Source: Hamiltosporidium tvaerminnensis FI-OER-3-3
Lineage: Eukaryota; Fungi; Microsporidia
Direction: 5' to 3'
Length of the DNA stretch: 64,000 nt
Assembly: GCA_022605425.2 (NCBI GenBank)
Contig: CM061252.1
Location: 620,001-684,000, forward strand
Shown: piece by piece, positions 13,124 through 26,899 of the stretch
Numbering within the stretch: position 1 is the stretch's first letter
Layout of the letters: each line of letters begins with the position of its first letter
Program-made: the position numbers and the translations under genes
Notes under the pieces: generated by a model
What the model saw: the letters and a program-made list of their open reading frames with translations, nothing else
What the model was told of the DNA's origin: nothing
Database searches by the model: none

Positions 13124-16100
13124 ATCAGAATAAACACTGTTTCTAATCTATAAAACTCATTCTCTCTATAAAGTGATAAGGTAGATAAGCAAATCTGTAA
13201 TGAATCTTAAAACTAATAAAACACAAATAGATGATATGGGGCAGTAAGAAAGTTCGGGTATGTGCTTTTAAAACAATTGAAATTAACAAATATATACAAA
13301 AATTTATGAAAAAGCAGGAATATTATATAAAAATTATATTATTAAAACATATAGATCTATTTTTAATCCACATTAGCCTTTTTTAAAATTAAATAACATT
13401 GTTATAAATTTTTAACTATATATCCTAAAATCATAAGATAAACTTACACAATGAAAATATTACCAAGATGTAATCAGCTTTTTTTATTCAATTTTTTTGT
13501 TTAACTGTTCAAAATAATGAAAAGCCAAATTTTTCTTCTAAACGTGAATATATTCACCAATGGAATACTTCAAGGTGGCTTAAGCCTTGGTTTAAGTATT
13601 TCTAAGATGCTATTTTGAGTAATATTAGTTAAATTTCTATAACTTTATATTTTGAATGTCTAAAATTAATTAGATTAAGTAAAGAAGATCCATGAATCAA
13701 ACATGTCTCATTATATAATGAATTTAAAAATTTATTTTTTAAACTGGTTAGATCACAAAATATCAACAAAAAAAATATGGATTCTCTTCCCTCAAACGTC
13801 TCAAAAAAATCCTCAATATATATGTCATGGGCTCTTTGATAAAAAGAGATTCTCTGCTATTAAATATAGAGCATAAGAAATAGAAAGAATTACAGAAACA
13901 GCTGTATATGATGTAAGAAATAATAAAAGAATATTTAAAGTAATTTTCAACAATAAAAAGTGATGATACCGTAAAAACTCTATAGAAATTATATGAACAA
14001 ACTAAAAAAGTAATTGACAAGATTTTTTATAAAAACAATCGTGAATTTGTGTGTTTAGTAAATGAAAATGTCGTAACAAAATAAGTTATTCAGGCTCGGG
14101 TCAGAATTAATTTTATACGAATACGATATATTATAAGCGAAAAAAAAGAAACTGCGAGAAGTAAAAATAATCGCATAAAATTTGAGAAATTCAGTTTAAA
14201 AGTTTTAGTTTTGATGTAACCACGCCAATTTATTTGCAATATCGGTTAAATATTACGATTGGATGTATTTTATGGTATTTAAATAAAAATAAATTTACTT
14301 ATTTTGAATAAAAAAATGTTCGATTTTAATATTGCAAATTATGTTGTATAGACTATTGGATTAAAAAATATGCTAAATGGCTTTTTTGTAAACAAATACG
14401 ATATTAATCATAATAAGAATGTCTTTGAAAACTAGAAAGATAAAAATCCAATTTTATGGTTTTTGAATGACTTTGTTTCAAAATATAATTATATAAAAAA
14501 TACACCAAATAAACTAGACAATCGCGCTATAGTTTACAATATAATATTCATAATTTCATTTATTATTAATTTTTTGTACAATACACAGGTAAAGGTTCTA
14601 AAAAGTTTATGGATTAACTGATTTATAATTTTTGAGACTTAAATTTGAAATTATTACTTGGGAAAATTATGACAACAGCATAATAACAGGCTTCTAAACT
14701 TTTGCAATCATCCGAAATAATATCTCTATAAACATTAAAATTTGAATGAATTCTCAGCTATTTTTAGCAAAAATATATACTAACCATTCGAAATGGAAAG
14801 GTACATATAAAAAATTTTGCATCAATAAGTGTTTATATTTTTCACATAAAATCTTACTTAGTTAATTATTTTTTTAGTTCGCTTTTACATTCCGAGTCGA
14901 GGATGAAAAAATGGAGGTTTTCCATTTGTTTCTTTTAATCTGTCAGAACTTGTAATTATAGGGGATTGGCTATTTATAGATTCGGTGTGGTTTATATCGC
15001 ACAAAAATGGCATCAATTAATTTCACACCAATTTTAGGTACTCATTACCTACCAGATAGTTTTTAAAGTGCTTATCCATCCCAATTCCAATAAAATCTAT
15101 CGAGCTTATTTCTTATCAAGAAGATTTTAAAAATCACATAATGATATTTTTAAAAATACACAATATATCAGAAATACACAGTAAAATATAATTAATTCAA
15201 GTATTTTTACAATGATATTAGTGGGATTTAAATAGATTTTATGCATTGAGCTAATAAATGAAAAAAATCATTGATTTTAAAAAATTCAAATATACCAATA
15301 ATTTGATATATCTACTCAATCTTTTTTATTTCAAAATTTATACTTTTTTTCTTGTAAATAAATCGATATATTTATCATCTTTGCAATGTATAAAAAGATA
15401 CAAAATGAAATAGTACACTTATATTACTTTGCAAAGGATAATTTGCGTTATTAGAATTGTAAGGTATATTGAATCGAAATATTTTAGAAATTAAAATCGG
15501 GTTTGTATTTGGTAAAGGTACATATAGAGCTTTTTGAATCAAATTTTTATTTTATATTTGTGCTCAATTTTTTGTTTAACTTATTTAATAGCAGAGCCAA
15601 ACACTATACCAAATTGATATTTACAGTTATAACTGATCTAAACATAGAAAATGTTTTCAAGTTAAATTAAAGCATGCATTTTCACTTTTTATGAAAATTT
15701 TGCCATCAGCAATGCATAATAATTGCTTTTGAATTACTGATAGGGAATGTAGGAAGCTAATAAGATATTTTTCAAAGAAAAAACAGATTTATTTTAAAGC
15801 TTTCTGTAAACCGATGATGAAATAACATTTTAAGATGTAATTTAAATAGTGGCAAGCCACAATATTTTATTATATTCCATAAAAGCGGTTTTAGATTTCC
15901 ATACACTAAAATAGACTCGAGTCATATGAAAACCTATTTAAAGAAATATTTATGTTTTTTGAACAATAAAGCAAATACTAGGATTTTTTTGTAGTTTTTA
16001 GCGCTAGAATTTAAAATTTAAAACAAATTTTCCGTGCTATAGTTTAGATAGAAAAACGAAAATCAAAGACGTTTCATTTGTTACTTTCTGAAACATTAAA

Positions 16101-17024
16101 AAAAGTATTTTTAACTTTTTTAAAATTTTACAATAAGCCGGCATTAAACAACCCGATATAAAAATATACTTGCTTTTGATAATAGTATGATTCAATAAAT
16201 GAATTTAAAACTTTCTATTTGTAAAAATTTATTGTAAAAGTAATTGAAGATGAAATCGAACAAAATTAAACTCATAAAAATGAAATATTAAACATATTAA
16301 ATATAGTTTAAATAACAATAGAGAAGAAATATCAACTTTAACTACCAAACTCTTTTATTTCGTTTGAAATATTGAGATTTAAAAATTGGTTAGAAATTAA
16401 TTTGTTCATGGTAATTAATAAGGTTTAAAAGATATAAAATACATCTTATATGTATGTGATATATGTATAGATATCAATGCGTTTATCGTAAATATTATTA
16501 TATGAAAGCTGTTTTCGACTACTATATACTATTTTTAGAATTTAATTACAAAAAAGTACTAAATTATACCAGAAATCATATGAAAATTTAAGAATGTTAA
16601 TTTTAGTCACAAAGTTAAATTGTTAAGAAACGAATTGAAATGTACAAAGAGGCCATTATTTTATTATATATTACAAAATCTTAAAAAATATATCTAAACT
16701 TATAAAAATAATATTCAAAATCTTAATTTGCAAAGAAATAGCTTGTTTGTTACTTAGTTAAAGAATTATAAAAACTACTAAAAAATAAAAGCTAAGAATT
16801 TAAACACTCTCAAATTAAACTAAGTTTTCCTAATATTATCGCACATCAGTTATATAACGTTGAACCAAAATAGTTATTTTAAGATTTTTTTTAATTATAA
16901 AACATTTTTTCCTTTCATATTAAATTGACTTAAACTTTTCAACTTAAGTAGTTTAAAAACACATTAAATTTAAATTTCTAAATATAGTTTTTAATTCTAA
17001 TTAATTTGCCAATTCAGGCACTAA

Positions 17025-17145
17025 AAAATCTTAAATATATGAACGAAAGATTATAAAATCTATAAATATATACACGAAAGATTTAAATCTATAAATATTT
17101 GAACGACGGATTATAAAATCTATAAATATATGAAAGAAAGATTAT
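17025..17145. repeat. ~30-bp tandem repeat, ~4 degenerate copies
   Basis: Repeated AAATCTATAAATATATGAACGAAAGATTAT-like unit. Confidence 0.75.
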
Positions 17146-17213
17146 ATTTTGATATTTAATTTATACTTTTAATTAATTATTTTAAAAGTAGAAATACGTT
17201 TGATAATTCTAAA

Positions 17214-17489
17214 AATAGGATATTATTTCTGCTTCTTTTATTTCTCGGTATAAAATCTTCACTTTTTGATAAATGTTATCCTTTGTTTCAAACAGAAGCA
17301 GAAAGGGCTAAAGCGGATACTTATTTAAGATTTGGTAGATCTGTTACACATATAAATGGTACATATAAAACAGATACCTTTACTAATGGTTAGAATGAAA
17401 ATGTATTTAGAATGTTAAATCCCAAAGAGAGAACTTTTGTTGAGAAAGAATTCATAAAGATAATTAATAATATTAGAATCAAAAACTGA
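17214..17489 (+). pseudogene. Paralog of 12866 (R-AKADTYLRF-GR), start codon lost, internal TAG
   Basis: Hand translation: (N)RILFLLLLFLGIKSSLFDKCYPLFQTEAERAKADTYLRFGRSVTHINGTYKTDTFTNG*NENVFRMLNPKERTFVEKEFIKIINNIRIKN*. AAT sits where the paralog has ATG. TAG at 17391. Confidence 0.7.
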
Positions 17490-17967
17490 TTGTCAATTTG
17501 TTTCTAATTTCTTAATAAATAACTCAAAATATAAACAAGTAGAAGAAATATATTTTAATTTATATATAACCACGTTTCTTCTATACTTTCACATAATAGA
17601 TTTTAATAAATCGAAGTTAATATAACTCTTTATGTGAAATAACTAATTTGTAAACCATATATATATATTTATGGTCAGAATATTCTAATATAATTATTAT
17701 GGTGAATTTTAGATATAATTTTAATTATGTATTCTGAAATAAAAACCACTTAAATAGTATTTATTTAAATTGTATCTTAAAATATTTCTATTCTGTTACT
17801 CGTCTTTAAAGCTTTAGAATTTAATAAGTCGAAAAATTTAGTGAGATTTACTTGTAGGTTAGAATAAAAAATAATATTTTATGAGAATTTTATATATTAT
17901 TTTTGAGTAAATTTTACTTAGTAATTTAGCATATTTCTATACAAATGACATGTTTTATATTGTTCTT

Positions 17968-18596
17968 ATGGCATTTAAGTAGTTCTGGGTTTAACATAGA
18001 TAACTATGCCCCCAATACTTCAATGGTTCCTCTAATGAGCCATATTGTCCAAATATTTTCTTCTAAAAGGTGTGTAGAACTCATTTAATAGGTGATGCAG
18101 TAGCCAGATTTTTGTGGATGTCTGTAGCATGGTGTGTAAACTCAAATCAAAACTCGCCTTGGCACTTACTTTAAACTTTAGAAAACGATTATAATTCAAC
18201 TAAAATTTATTGGCGAGTTACGCAATGTCTACTTAAACAGTACAATGTCATATTAAAAGGTATAACCTACCTATTGGATTTTAAAGGTATGTTTTTTCGT
18301 AGCTTCCAGGTCCTAGATCTACTAATCCGACCGAACTAGGTTAGATTTTCGTGATTCGGCATGGTGATTTCATATAACTTCACCTGTGATTTTCAATCTA
18401 GTTTCATGAAAAACAATATCATAGGTTTTTAGAAAAAATTTAACGTTTTTGTAGATCATCCCTCCTTACACAAATACTGACACAAACAAAAATTCAGGTT
18501 TTGGTTCATCTCGCCAACCATCAATCAAATGTTTTTTACATAATTTCTCCAAAAAATTCCAAGCACTTATTTTTTTAGTGTGGATGTCCTCTTCCA
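17968..18596 (-). repeat. Degraded copy of the ~700-bp dispersed non-coding repeat
   Basis: GTTCTGGGTTTAACATAGATAACT, GGTATAACCTACCTA and other blocks are collinear with 30455-31145. Confidence 0.7.
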
Positions 18597-18803
18597 TAAT
18601 TTTTGTTGAATATTCTTAATTTTTTACACTATTTCATGTTTTGATAGTAAAAATATGATTAAAATTTTAAAAAAAAAAATTTTATATTTGAGAATTTAAT
18701 ACAAGAAACCACGAAAAAATAAAAATATTTGGGGAATAGAAATTTAAATTAAATGATATTTATTTCATAAAATCAACAGTTTTTTTCGTTAATAAATACC
18801 ATT

Positions 18804-20297
18804 CTACTGCATTCCGCTTAAATACTCATCTATTTCTTCGATATTTATTCCAATGCTTTTAACTACGGGTTTAATTTCTTCAAAATATTTTCTATACTTT
18901 TGATAATCTTCCTTATTTTGTTCCAAAAAACAAGAATTTTGAATATTAAAATTTTTATATTTCAAATCAAATCTTGGCAAATTTATAAGCATTTCATTTC
19001 TTAATATTCTAACAAATCTTAGAATATCAATATTTGATTCGTATATGAAAGATTCAAAGATTGGTGGTGATTTAAAAAAAGTTTTTTTCAATTTATCTTG
19101 AACAGAAAAATTACAAAAAATTAGAAGTTTAAGAAGAATATTTTTTGAAAAATAATCTTTTTCAAACATTTTCTTCATTAAAAAAATGTCGGTAGAGTCA
19201 AGCGTAGAATCTAAAGTGTCTAATTTCCTTTCGGATGAAATATTTTGTTTTTCATTGTTTTTGTTTTCACTTTTTTTATCTTTTGAAGAATAAAAATTTT
19301 CTGACCAATCAGGAGCATTTAATGGAGACACCTCAACATTAAATAATTTTTCGTAAAAAGAATCTGCATATCTTTCCCCAAAAATACATTCAATTCCAGA
19401 TGGAACATCTATTTCATTCAATGGTAAAACCGCCCCGTTTTCTTTCATTACCGGATGAAATTTTAAAAGTGACTTGGCCGTCACAAACATTTTTAAATAC
19501 CCTTCCACAATAATAGAATCAGACGATGTATTGTAAACCTGTTCCATACATTTTCTTGCTGCTGAATAAACAGATTCATACCCACCAACAATTGAAATGA
19601 CAGAATTAATATCAAAATTGGTGGAAAAGGGAGGAATAGTCGGACAAAATTCACAACCAAGAAGAAGTGAGTAACTTTGAAACCGATAAAAATTCAATTT
19701 TAAATTGTGTAAAATTTCACTTCGTGTAATTATCTCGACCTGCGTGCAAATATCTTTAAAATTGCAAAAATCAGTGATAAGTTTTTCGCCATCTTCAAAA
19801 AGTAAAAAATCTGTTGGTGCAAAGACGTATGAGCACAATCCTAGTTTAGATAAATAAGAAGCCTGTGCCATCGCACAATATGGAGCACGAATAACACTAA
19901 TATTTGAACTTCTGAGTAATTCGGTAATCGGTATTACATATTCTTCGAATTCAATCGATCTTCGTAAATGACTGTTGAAAATACTAAAATCATTGGATTG
20001 ATAAGCGTGAATCGCCTTTTCAAAATATTCATCTGTTTTGCTGGATTTTATCGGAATACCGTCCCAAATCCAAAGTACATCTATACTATAGTTCTGAACA
20101 AAAGATATAAATTTTTGAATCGGTGTAAGAAAATCAAGACCAAAGACGTATGCTGATGAGGCATTGCTTGGAAGTGCGTAACGCTTAAGAAACCAGAAAC
20201 CATCGACACAGAAACGTGTATCTTTTAAGACAGCAGCTGGTCGCTTTGCTGTGATTACGATGTGTTTCTTGAGAATGTCAAATCCTCTTATTGGCAT
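18804..20297 (-). CDS. Mkt1-like XPG/FEN1-fold (PIN-like) protein
   Basis: Starts MPIRGF after CCCCT. Contains CVDGFWFL, WIWDG, IRAPYCAMAQASYL, TDFLLF and LLLGCEFCPT, matching XPG-N/I blocks. APYCAMAQ replaces the acidic APxEAEAQ motif, as in Mkt1. Confidence 0.8.
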   Translation of the reverse strand: MPIRGFDILKKHIVITAKRPAAVLKDTRFCVDGFWFLKRYALPSNASSAYVFGLDFLTPIQKFISFVQNYSIDVLWIWDGIPIKSSKTDEYFEKAIHAYQSNDFSIFNSHLRRSIEFEEYVIPITELLRSSNISVIRAPYCAMAQASYLSKLGLCSYVFAPTDFLLFEDGEKLITDFCNFKDICTQVEIITRSEILHNLKLNFYRFQSYSLLLGCEFCPTIPPFSTNFDINSVISIVGGYESVYSAARKCMEQVYNTSSDSIIVEGYLKMFVTAKSLLKFHPVMKENGAVLPLNEIDVPSGIECIFGERYADSFYEKLFNVEVSPLNAPDWSENFYSSKDKKSENKNNEKQNISSERKLDTLDSTLDSTDIFLMKKMFEKDYFSKNILLKLLIFCNFSVQDKLKKTFFKSPPIFESFIYESNIDILRFVRILRNEMLINLPRFDLKYKNFNIQNSCFLEQNKEDYQKYRKYFEEIKPVVKSIGINIEEIDEYLSGMQ

Positions 20298-21550
20298 AGG
20301 GGTGTAAGACAAAGAAAAATTTAAGTTGAAAGTCTTAGTGAAACATGCTTTAAATTTTTAAAATTTAATTTGGTAATTTTGAAACGAAAAGATAAAAAAA
20401 TTGGTTGATTTTTAAATGGAAGAATCTAGCGTAACAATAAAGTGGTTTTAATAATTCCTTTTGTCGATAAATTTATAACTTACACAATTTTTCTAAAAAC
20501 TAATTCTTATATTTTTATGCAAAAAATATATATTGTAAGAGTTTGTATTTCAACTAAATATTGGATTTTTAGAATACTTTTTTTTATGGATATGGTTACA
20601 GAAACACTTTGAATAATTATACATGTTTGTTTATAATGGAATTATATTTTAGATTTACAAAAACGTTGTAATATTGTTTTTTTTAGAATTTACTCATCTC
20701 TTCCAATCAAAAATCATAAAAATTTAAGACAAATAAGAAACGGCCAATTTAAAAAAAATTAAAAAACAAGTTTCTGATTTATTATAACAGCAAGAATAAA
20801 AATAATAGTATTTACATTATTTTACTTAACTTTATAGAAAAAGTAATATTTAATTATAGATTGTATTCATATTAGAAAATACAACATAAATTTTAGAAAG
20901 ATAAAATCAATGCAAACAATTAGAAATTTCTTGTTCAGAATAGCAGTATCTTTTAAAAGATATTAAATTATAGAAAGTTTTAAATAGTTTATAATTATAC
21001 TTTAATACAAATTTTTTGGTTGTAATGATTTGACATAAAAAAAAATCTTTACTGAACTATAGAATAAATTAAATATAAATTTATATTCTTAGAATATAAT
21101 CTTTCAAAAAAGTTTAAAATCTAATCTTGAAATGCGAAAAAAAGTTTCTTTTAAACTATTTCATCTAAATAATAGATTAAAAATATTTTCTTATAATTTA
21201 CTGTGCATGATTAATCATTCCACGGTATTACAAGAAACATGTTTTTACATTTTTATTGTATTGAACTAGGATTTGAAAATAATATTTTGATCTCTGAAAG
21301 AAAGCTTTGTCTGTTTTTAATATAATATTTCATATTTAAAAATTTATATTTTAATAGTAAATATAAATAAATATCCAACAAATATTTTACTTACTAAACT
21401 CTAGAAGAATTTCAGACTTAAAATCGTTATTTAAAAATCTTAGAATTTTATTACATTGAATTTTTAATGTGCGTGTTAATATATACAGTTAATTTTGTTC
21501 TATTAAAAATGTATTTTTATCACTAAAAAATAATATATTAGAATTATATT

Positions 21551-22256
21551 TGGTGGATGGAGGATAACCATTTAAAAAACAATTTGCTTGGCATTGAGTA
21601 TGGGAGATTGATATATGAAATCATTGTGGGAATTTTTTATGGGAATGAAAGCACACTTCATCTTCGGTTGTTTCATAGAGTTTGTATGAGGAGGAGGTCT
21701 TTATAACTGTGAAACTTTTTCTACAAATTTATTTGTAGTTTTTTATGTAATATAATCTAAGACTGCAGCTGAACATGTAGGTAATTGCCATGTAAAAGCA
21801 TGGAAACCTAGCCTTGCTCATTCGGGTTAGAAGATTAGAGCCCGGGGGAAATAAAACATAAGCCCATTTAAAGCCGGGAGAGCTAAGTAGCAGGTTATAC
21901 CTGTTGGTATGACATTGCACTGTCTAGGTGGACTCCATGTAAATCTCTGAAATATATCTTATCTAGAAGTTTATTGGGTTCAGAAAGGTGTAATGTAAGT
22001 GGGAATGCTGTATAGTCTTTAGAAAGTCTAAGGGGTGCTTCGATCACACACCATGACGGACATTAACGAACTCCGGGCATCTGTCTCGTCTATTAATTAA
22101 GTTCTAACAACCTGGTAGATAAAATGCTTTGAGATGTAGGCATCGTAGGGGATACCGATGGAGTGTTAGGGTAAGAGTTATTTATGTTAAACCTAGAACT
22201 GTGTTAATGCCATAAAAACAAATATAACACTTTCCACTGTTTTAAAAGATGTGATA
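21551..22256 (+). repeat. ~700-bp dispersed non-coding repeat (copy A)
   Basis: Collinear, high identity to 29397-30112. Confidence 0.9.
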
Positions 22257-25200
22257 CTTTAAATAAAGTTACTTTCATTTGTAAAAATAAATATTTTTTA
22301 AAATATGATTGCTAAAAATGAACACAAATTTAAATAATAAATTATTCGTTATTTTTTATAATTAAAAATGTCTTTTTTAAATATAAAATCCTTTATTTAG
22401 ATTAAAAATATTAGAAAGAATTCATAATTAAAATATATTTAAATTTGATACTTTTAAAGTACATGCAAATGAAAAAGATAATAACAGTGATGATATTGTT
22501 GAACATAGAAGAGATAAAATAAAAATAAAATTGATAAAGCTTAAAAATTCAAAATAAGTGATTAGAATAACATTAATAGTCAAGTTTGTTTAAATGCATC
22601 TTATATCATATCACGAAAAATAAATGAGAAAAGTGTTGAATAAACAAGAATCTAAAATTTACATTTATTTGTAGTATTTGATCCCTTTGGATGTGCAGTA
22701 AATCGATTTCACAATATATTGTAACAAGTTTCTAATATTCAGTATGAAACAGTAAAGAATACAAGAACAAAGAAATAAAGATGCTATGAACTCAATAATT
22801 ATTGCTTATATTTGATACATTTAGACTAGAAATATAAAAAAACTAAAAGCAAGCAAATACAATTTATCTAATATTGCCTTTGCTATTTACGCCTATGATT
22901 TTAATAAATTAATAATAGATTGGTTTATATTTTTTTTCATTAAAAAGAGAAAGAAAATGTAATTATGTTTTTCTATAATTTTATAAGCAGTATATTTGTA
23001 ATTTAATAAATAGACTTTATATCTTATATATATTTCATAGCTGGATATAATTAGAAAATTCGACAAAATGCATGGTTAAATCTTAGCTTCGAAATTTTTA
23101 TTTTCGCAGTGTTTGTGAAACATTTATTTTTGATTTTATGTCTATTCACCAAAGGAATGCCTGTTGTTTCGAAAGATAAAAAAGTTAGCAATCAGAAATC
23201 CTAATGGCTCTCACCGATTAAAGTCTTTTATATTGAATACGAAAAATATATACTTTTCGAGATACACTGCTCGACAATAAAATATTTAAGATAGACTAAT
23301 GAAAATTTAATGCAGTAAGTTTTTTTTTTAACAACATCTAATATGTGATTATCAGATTATGGGTTAATATATGAAATAGATTTGACAAAAAAACGATTAT
23401 TTAAATCTCAGAAAATTGTATTTAAATATGTTTTAACTTAAAATTTTTAAACATGGATTTGGTGAATTTTTATACTTCATATCGATAAATTGAAATAGCG
23501 GCTTTGAAATCTATTATTTTTTTAGACATTTAGATTTCATGTATATATTAGAATATAAGATTAAAAATGTTCACTGAACTATTTAATTAGAAATAGCGAG
23601 GTTTTCGTAGGCATATCAATACCCATATTAGGTTCAAATGAACAAAAATAAAAATAAGTTAAATTGAGAAATTTTCTAAACCTTTAAAAAATCTATTTTG
23701 CAAGGATTTTGATTTTAGTTATAAAGAATAAAGATTTATAAATAAATTAAATCCATTTGCATTTATTAAATTGGATATAGAGCTCGTTTTTTTTTAAAAA
23801 AAAGCATATTGGTAATTTTGTAGTATTTAAAATATAATACCGTCACAATTCTATAATTCTTAGTTAATATAAAATTATATTTAGATTTTACTTATGTTCT
23901 GCACAGATCGAAAAAATATTCAAATGGATATTTTATAAATTCTTAGTAATAAATTTAAATTGAAATTGAAATATTAAAAATTGTAATATTTGCTTGCAGT
24001 TATGAATCTTCCGTATAACATGGCATCTAGAATTCTAAAAAGTTCAAACACCAATTTAAAATCGCCAATTGGTATTAGTTAAATATTTAGAACATTTTGG
24101 TTATAATATGCTCGGATATTTACAATGAATTATTAAATTTACTATGTAAAAACATTCTTTATAGATATTTTACAGGTTTAATATTAAAAATAAATTTATA
24201 TATCTGAACAATCGAAATGATTCACGGAAGAATTTTATTAACAGAGTAATTTGGGTATTTCGACTATTTTTTTCTATTTCACAGCAAATTTTTATATGTT
24301 TCAATGATGGTTTGTTTTTATAAGACCTATTTCAGTTTATAAAAATTAATATTGTATAATTATTGTGACTATAATTGTTTTAATAGTTATAAATATTCAA
24401 CCGATTAAAAGAAACAAATGAAAAATTTCATTTGTTCATCCTCTACATCGAGAAGTAAAAGAGGAATGGAAAAAGTAAGTATCAAGGAAGATTTATACAA
24501 TATATTTAGCTAAATTGCTATTTTTTTTATATTTTCATATCGGACTGTGTAATTTTATCCATTTAGAATATAAGAAATTATGATTTCTGTATTTACCGCT
24601 GTATTTTTCATTGTATAATACTTTAGGTATGAAAATAAGGCTTTGATTCATTATCTTAAGAATCAAAAGAGCTGGCGTAAAGTGAAAATCTTTAATAGAA
24701 CTATTATTTTTATTTAAAAACATATTTATTTTTTTACTATCAAATAAAAAAGGTTTCTATTTAAAGTAAAATATTTGATAAAATATATCTTTTTTGAAAT
24801 ATACAGAAGCAGATTCATCTAAATTTAAAATGTTATAAAAGAATTTAATATGAAAAATGTAAACAAAATGATATAATGATATTGAAAAGCAAGTATTATG
24901 AAGTAGCGCATTTAATAAACTAAGGTTTTTAAAATATAGAATATTATAATAAGTGTATTTAAACAAAATAAGCAAATCATCAGGTTGGTTTTTATTTTTT
25001 TAAAAAAAGTAACGAATTTATATTTTGTCGAAATAAAGTTTATTTGGAAATTGAATTCAAGAATCTTAAAAAACAAATTTATCAATAAATTTATGCTGTA
25101 AAACCAAGCAGACTTTCTATTTGAAAACTAAAATTTTAAGATACTTTATATAAATTCTTACCTATCTTAATAAATTATTATTCAATCACTTAAAAGACAG

Positions 25201-25811
25201 TTTCTAAAATCAATTTTGATAATATTGCTTTTATATCTTTAAATAGTATTCTAAACCGTATATTTCGATTTTAACTTGATTAAGAAGAAATCCAAAGCAA
25301 AATATTTCTGTCTAAACATACTATAAAAATAAAAATAATATTTGAAAAACCTAAATTATAAAAAACGGACATAGAAATTTTCAAAGATTACAATTAGTTA
25401 AAACAGAAAAAAAAATTCGTTTTTATTTATCTGAACAATCAATATGTATTTAAACATTTAAATAAGTCTTTTATATAATATTCGAACATAAAACATGAAT
25501 TCTAAGAATAATCACAAAATATATTGTTGAAATCAAAACGAGACTTGTTTTTAAACTCTAAATACGGATAAATAAAAAACAAAGATTTCAAAATAGTCTT
25601 TTTTAGAAAAGATACTGCGATACATAGAACTAGTTTTTTTTAAACCTAAAGATGCTTTTAGTTATTTTTCATTTAAAAAATGTACAATTTACTTAAAAAA
25701 TAAAGTTGAAAGTTAATAAAATTCATTTGTAAATTTCATTTTTTAAAAATTTAAGAAAACCTTTTTTAAAAATAGAATATGTCGTATATAACGAAAGAAA
25801 CATTAAGCACT

Positions 25812-26410
25812 ATCTGCTTGGCAATGAATAGAGAAATTTCATGAAATTATAATTTGAATTTTTGGTTTTACAGAAAACACACTAAATTTTAAGTCTTTTT
25901 GGTAATTTACAGAATGAAGAGATGATCTACATAATATTGAAATTTTTTCTTAAATGAGTTTTGTAGTACTTTTTGTAACTAGACCGGAAACCTCTGCTAA
26001 AATTGTAAGTAATTGCCAGGTAGAGACACGGAAATAGGCCTTTCCCATTAACGTTGAAAACCTTAACGCTTATGAGATACGATAAAAACGTAAGTTTTAC
26101 AGAAACAAGATAACTTAATAACAGATTATAACCGTTTCACGGCATTTAAACCCCGAGATGAAATCTATCTAAGTCACTAAGATATATCTTAGCCACAAGT
26201 CTATTTGATTCAAGAAATCTATAATAAGTGAAACTGCTGCTAGTCGACTTCTAAGGTATGTATAGACACGTTTCACATTCCGGGCAAAGCACTCGCCAAT
26301 TAAATGGGTTCTACGAGTACTTTAGATGGATTGCTTAGAGATGTGGATATTTTAGTAGACCTATGAGATGCTGAAGAAGATGTTCTCTGAGTAAAACCGA
26401 AATTGTGTAT
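25812..26410 (+). repeat. Degraded copy of the ~700-bp repeat
   Basis: CTGCTTGGCAATGA, TGTAAGTAATTGCCA, ATATATCTTAGC and CCGGGCAA blocks occur in the same order as in the other copies. Confidence 0.65.
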
Positions 26411-26899
26411 TAGTCCCAAAAAAATGCAACAAAAGCCAATTTTTTTTCTAGAATGATATATTATGTTAAAATAGTTTCTAAAAAATTATTTCTAAAATTG
26501 GCTTTTTCTTCCTGAATCTTAGGAGGTTTAGATCGCTCCACTCCAGGTTTTTAAAGGTGTTCTTAATATTCGACCTTCTTTACATTCCGAATCAATGCTT
26601 ATATTTCTATCTTTTCATCCACAATTAAGAATCTATTAATTTTGATGCTAGTGTATTTAATAGCAGTTACTCTTGATATATCGGATCATAATATGCAATT
26701 GTCTATACTTACACTTCAAAAGTTACTACCTTTTTCATTACCTCGGATCTCACCAGTAGTTGTTTCGAGCCCAACTTCCTAATAAATCAAATAAAATGAA
26801 TTAGACTGTCTTTTTGAATTTTATCAATTGTGGAAATATCTTTATGATTACTGTTGTTTGATATATTTTAAGACACATATGTATTTCTGGTTATAATAC

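Noticed and set aside
22300-25600. Possibly decayed lineage-specific or LRR-like genes (similar texture at 11500-12250, 13300-14100, 50000-51300 and 53300-55000)
   Set aside because: Coding-like texture only; no reconstructable frame or motif.
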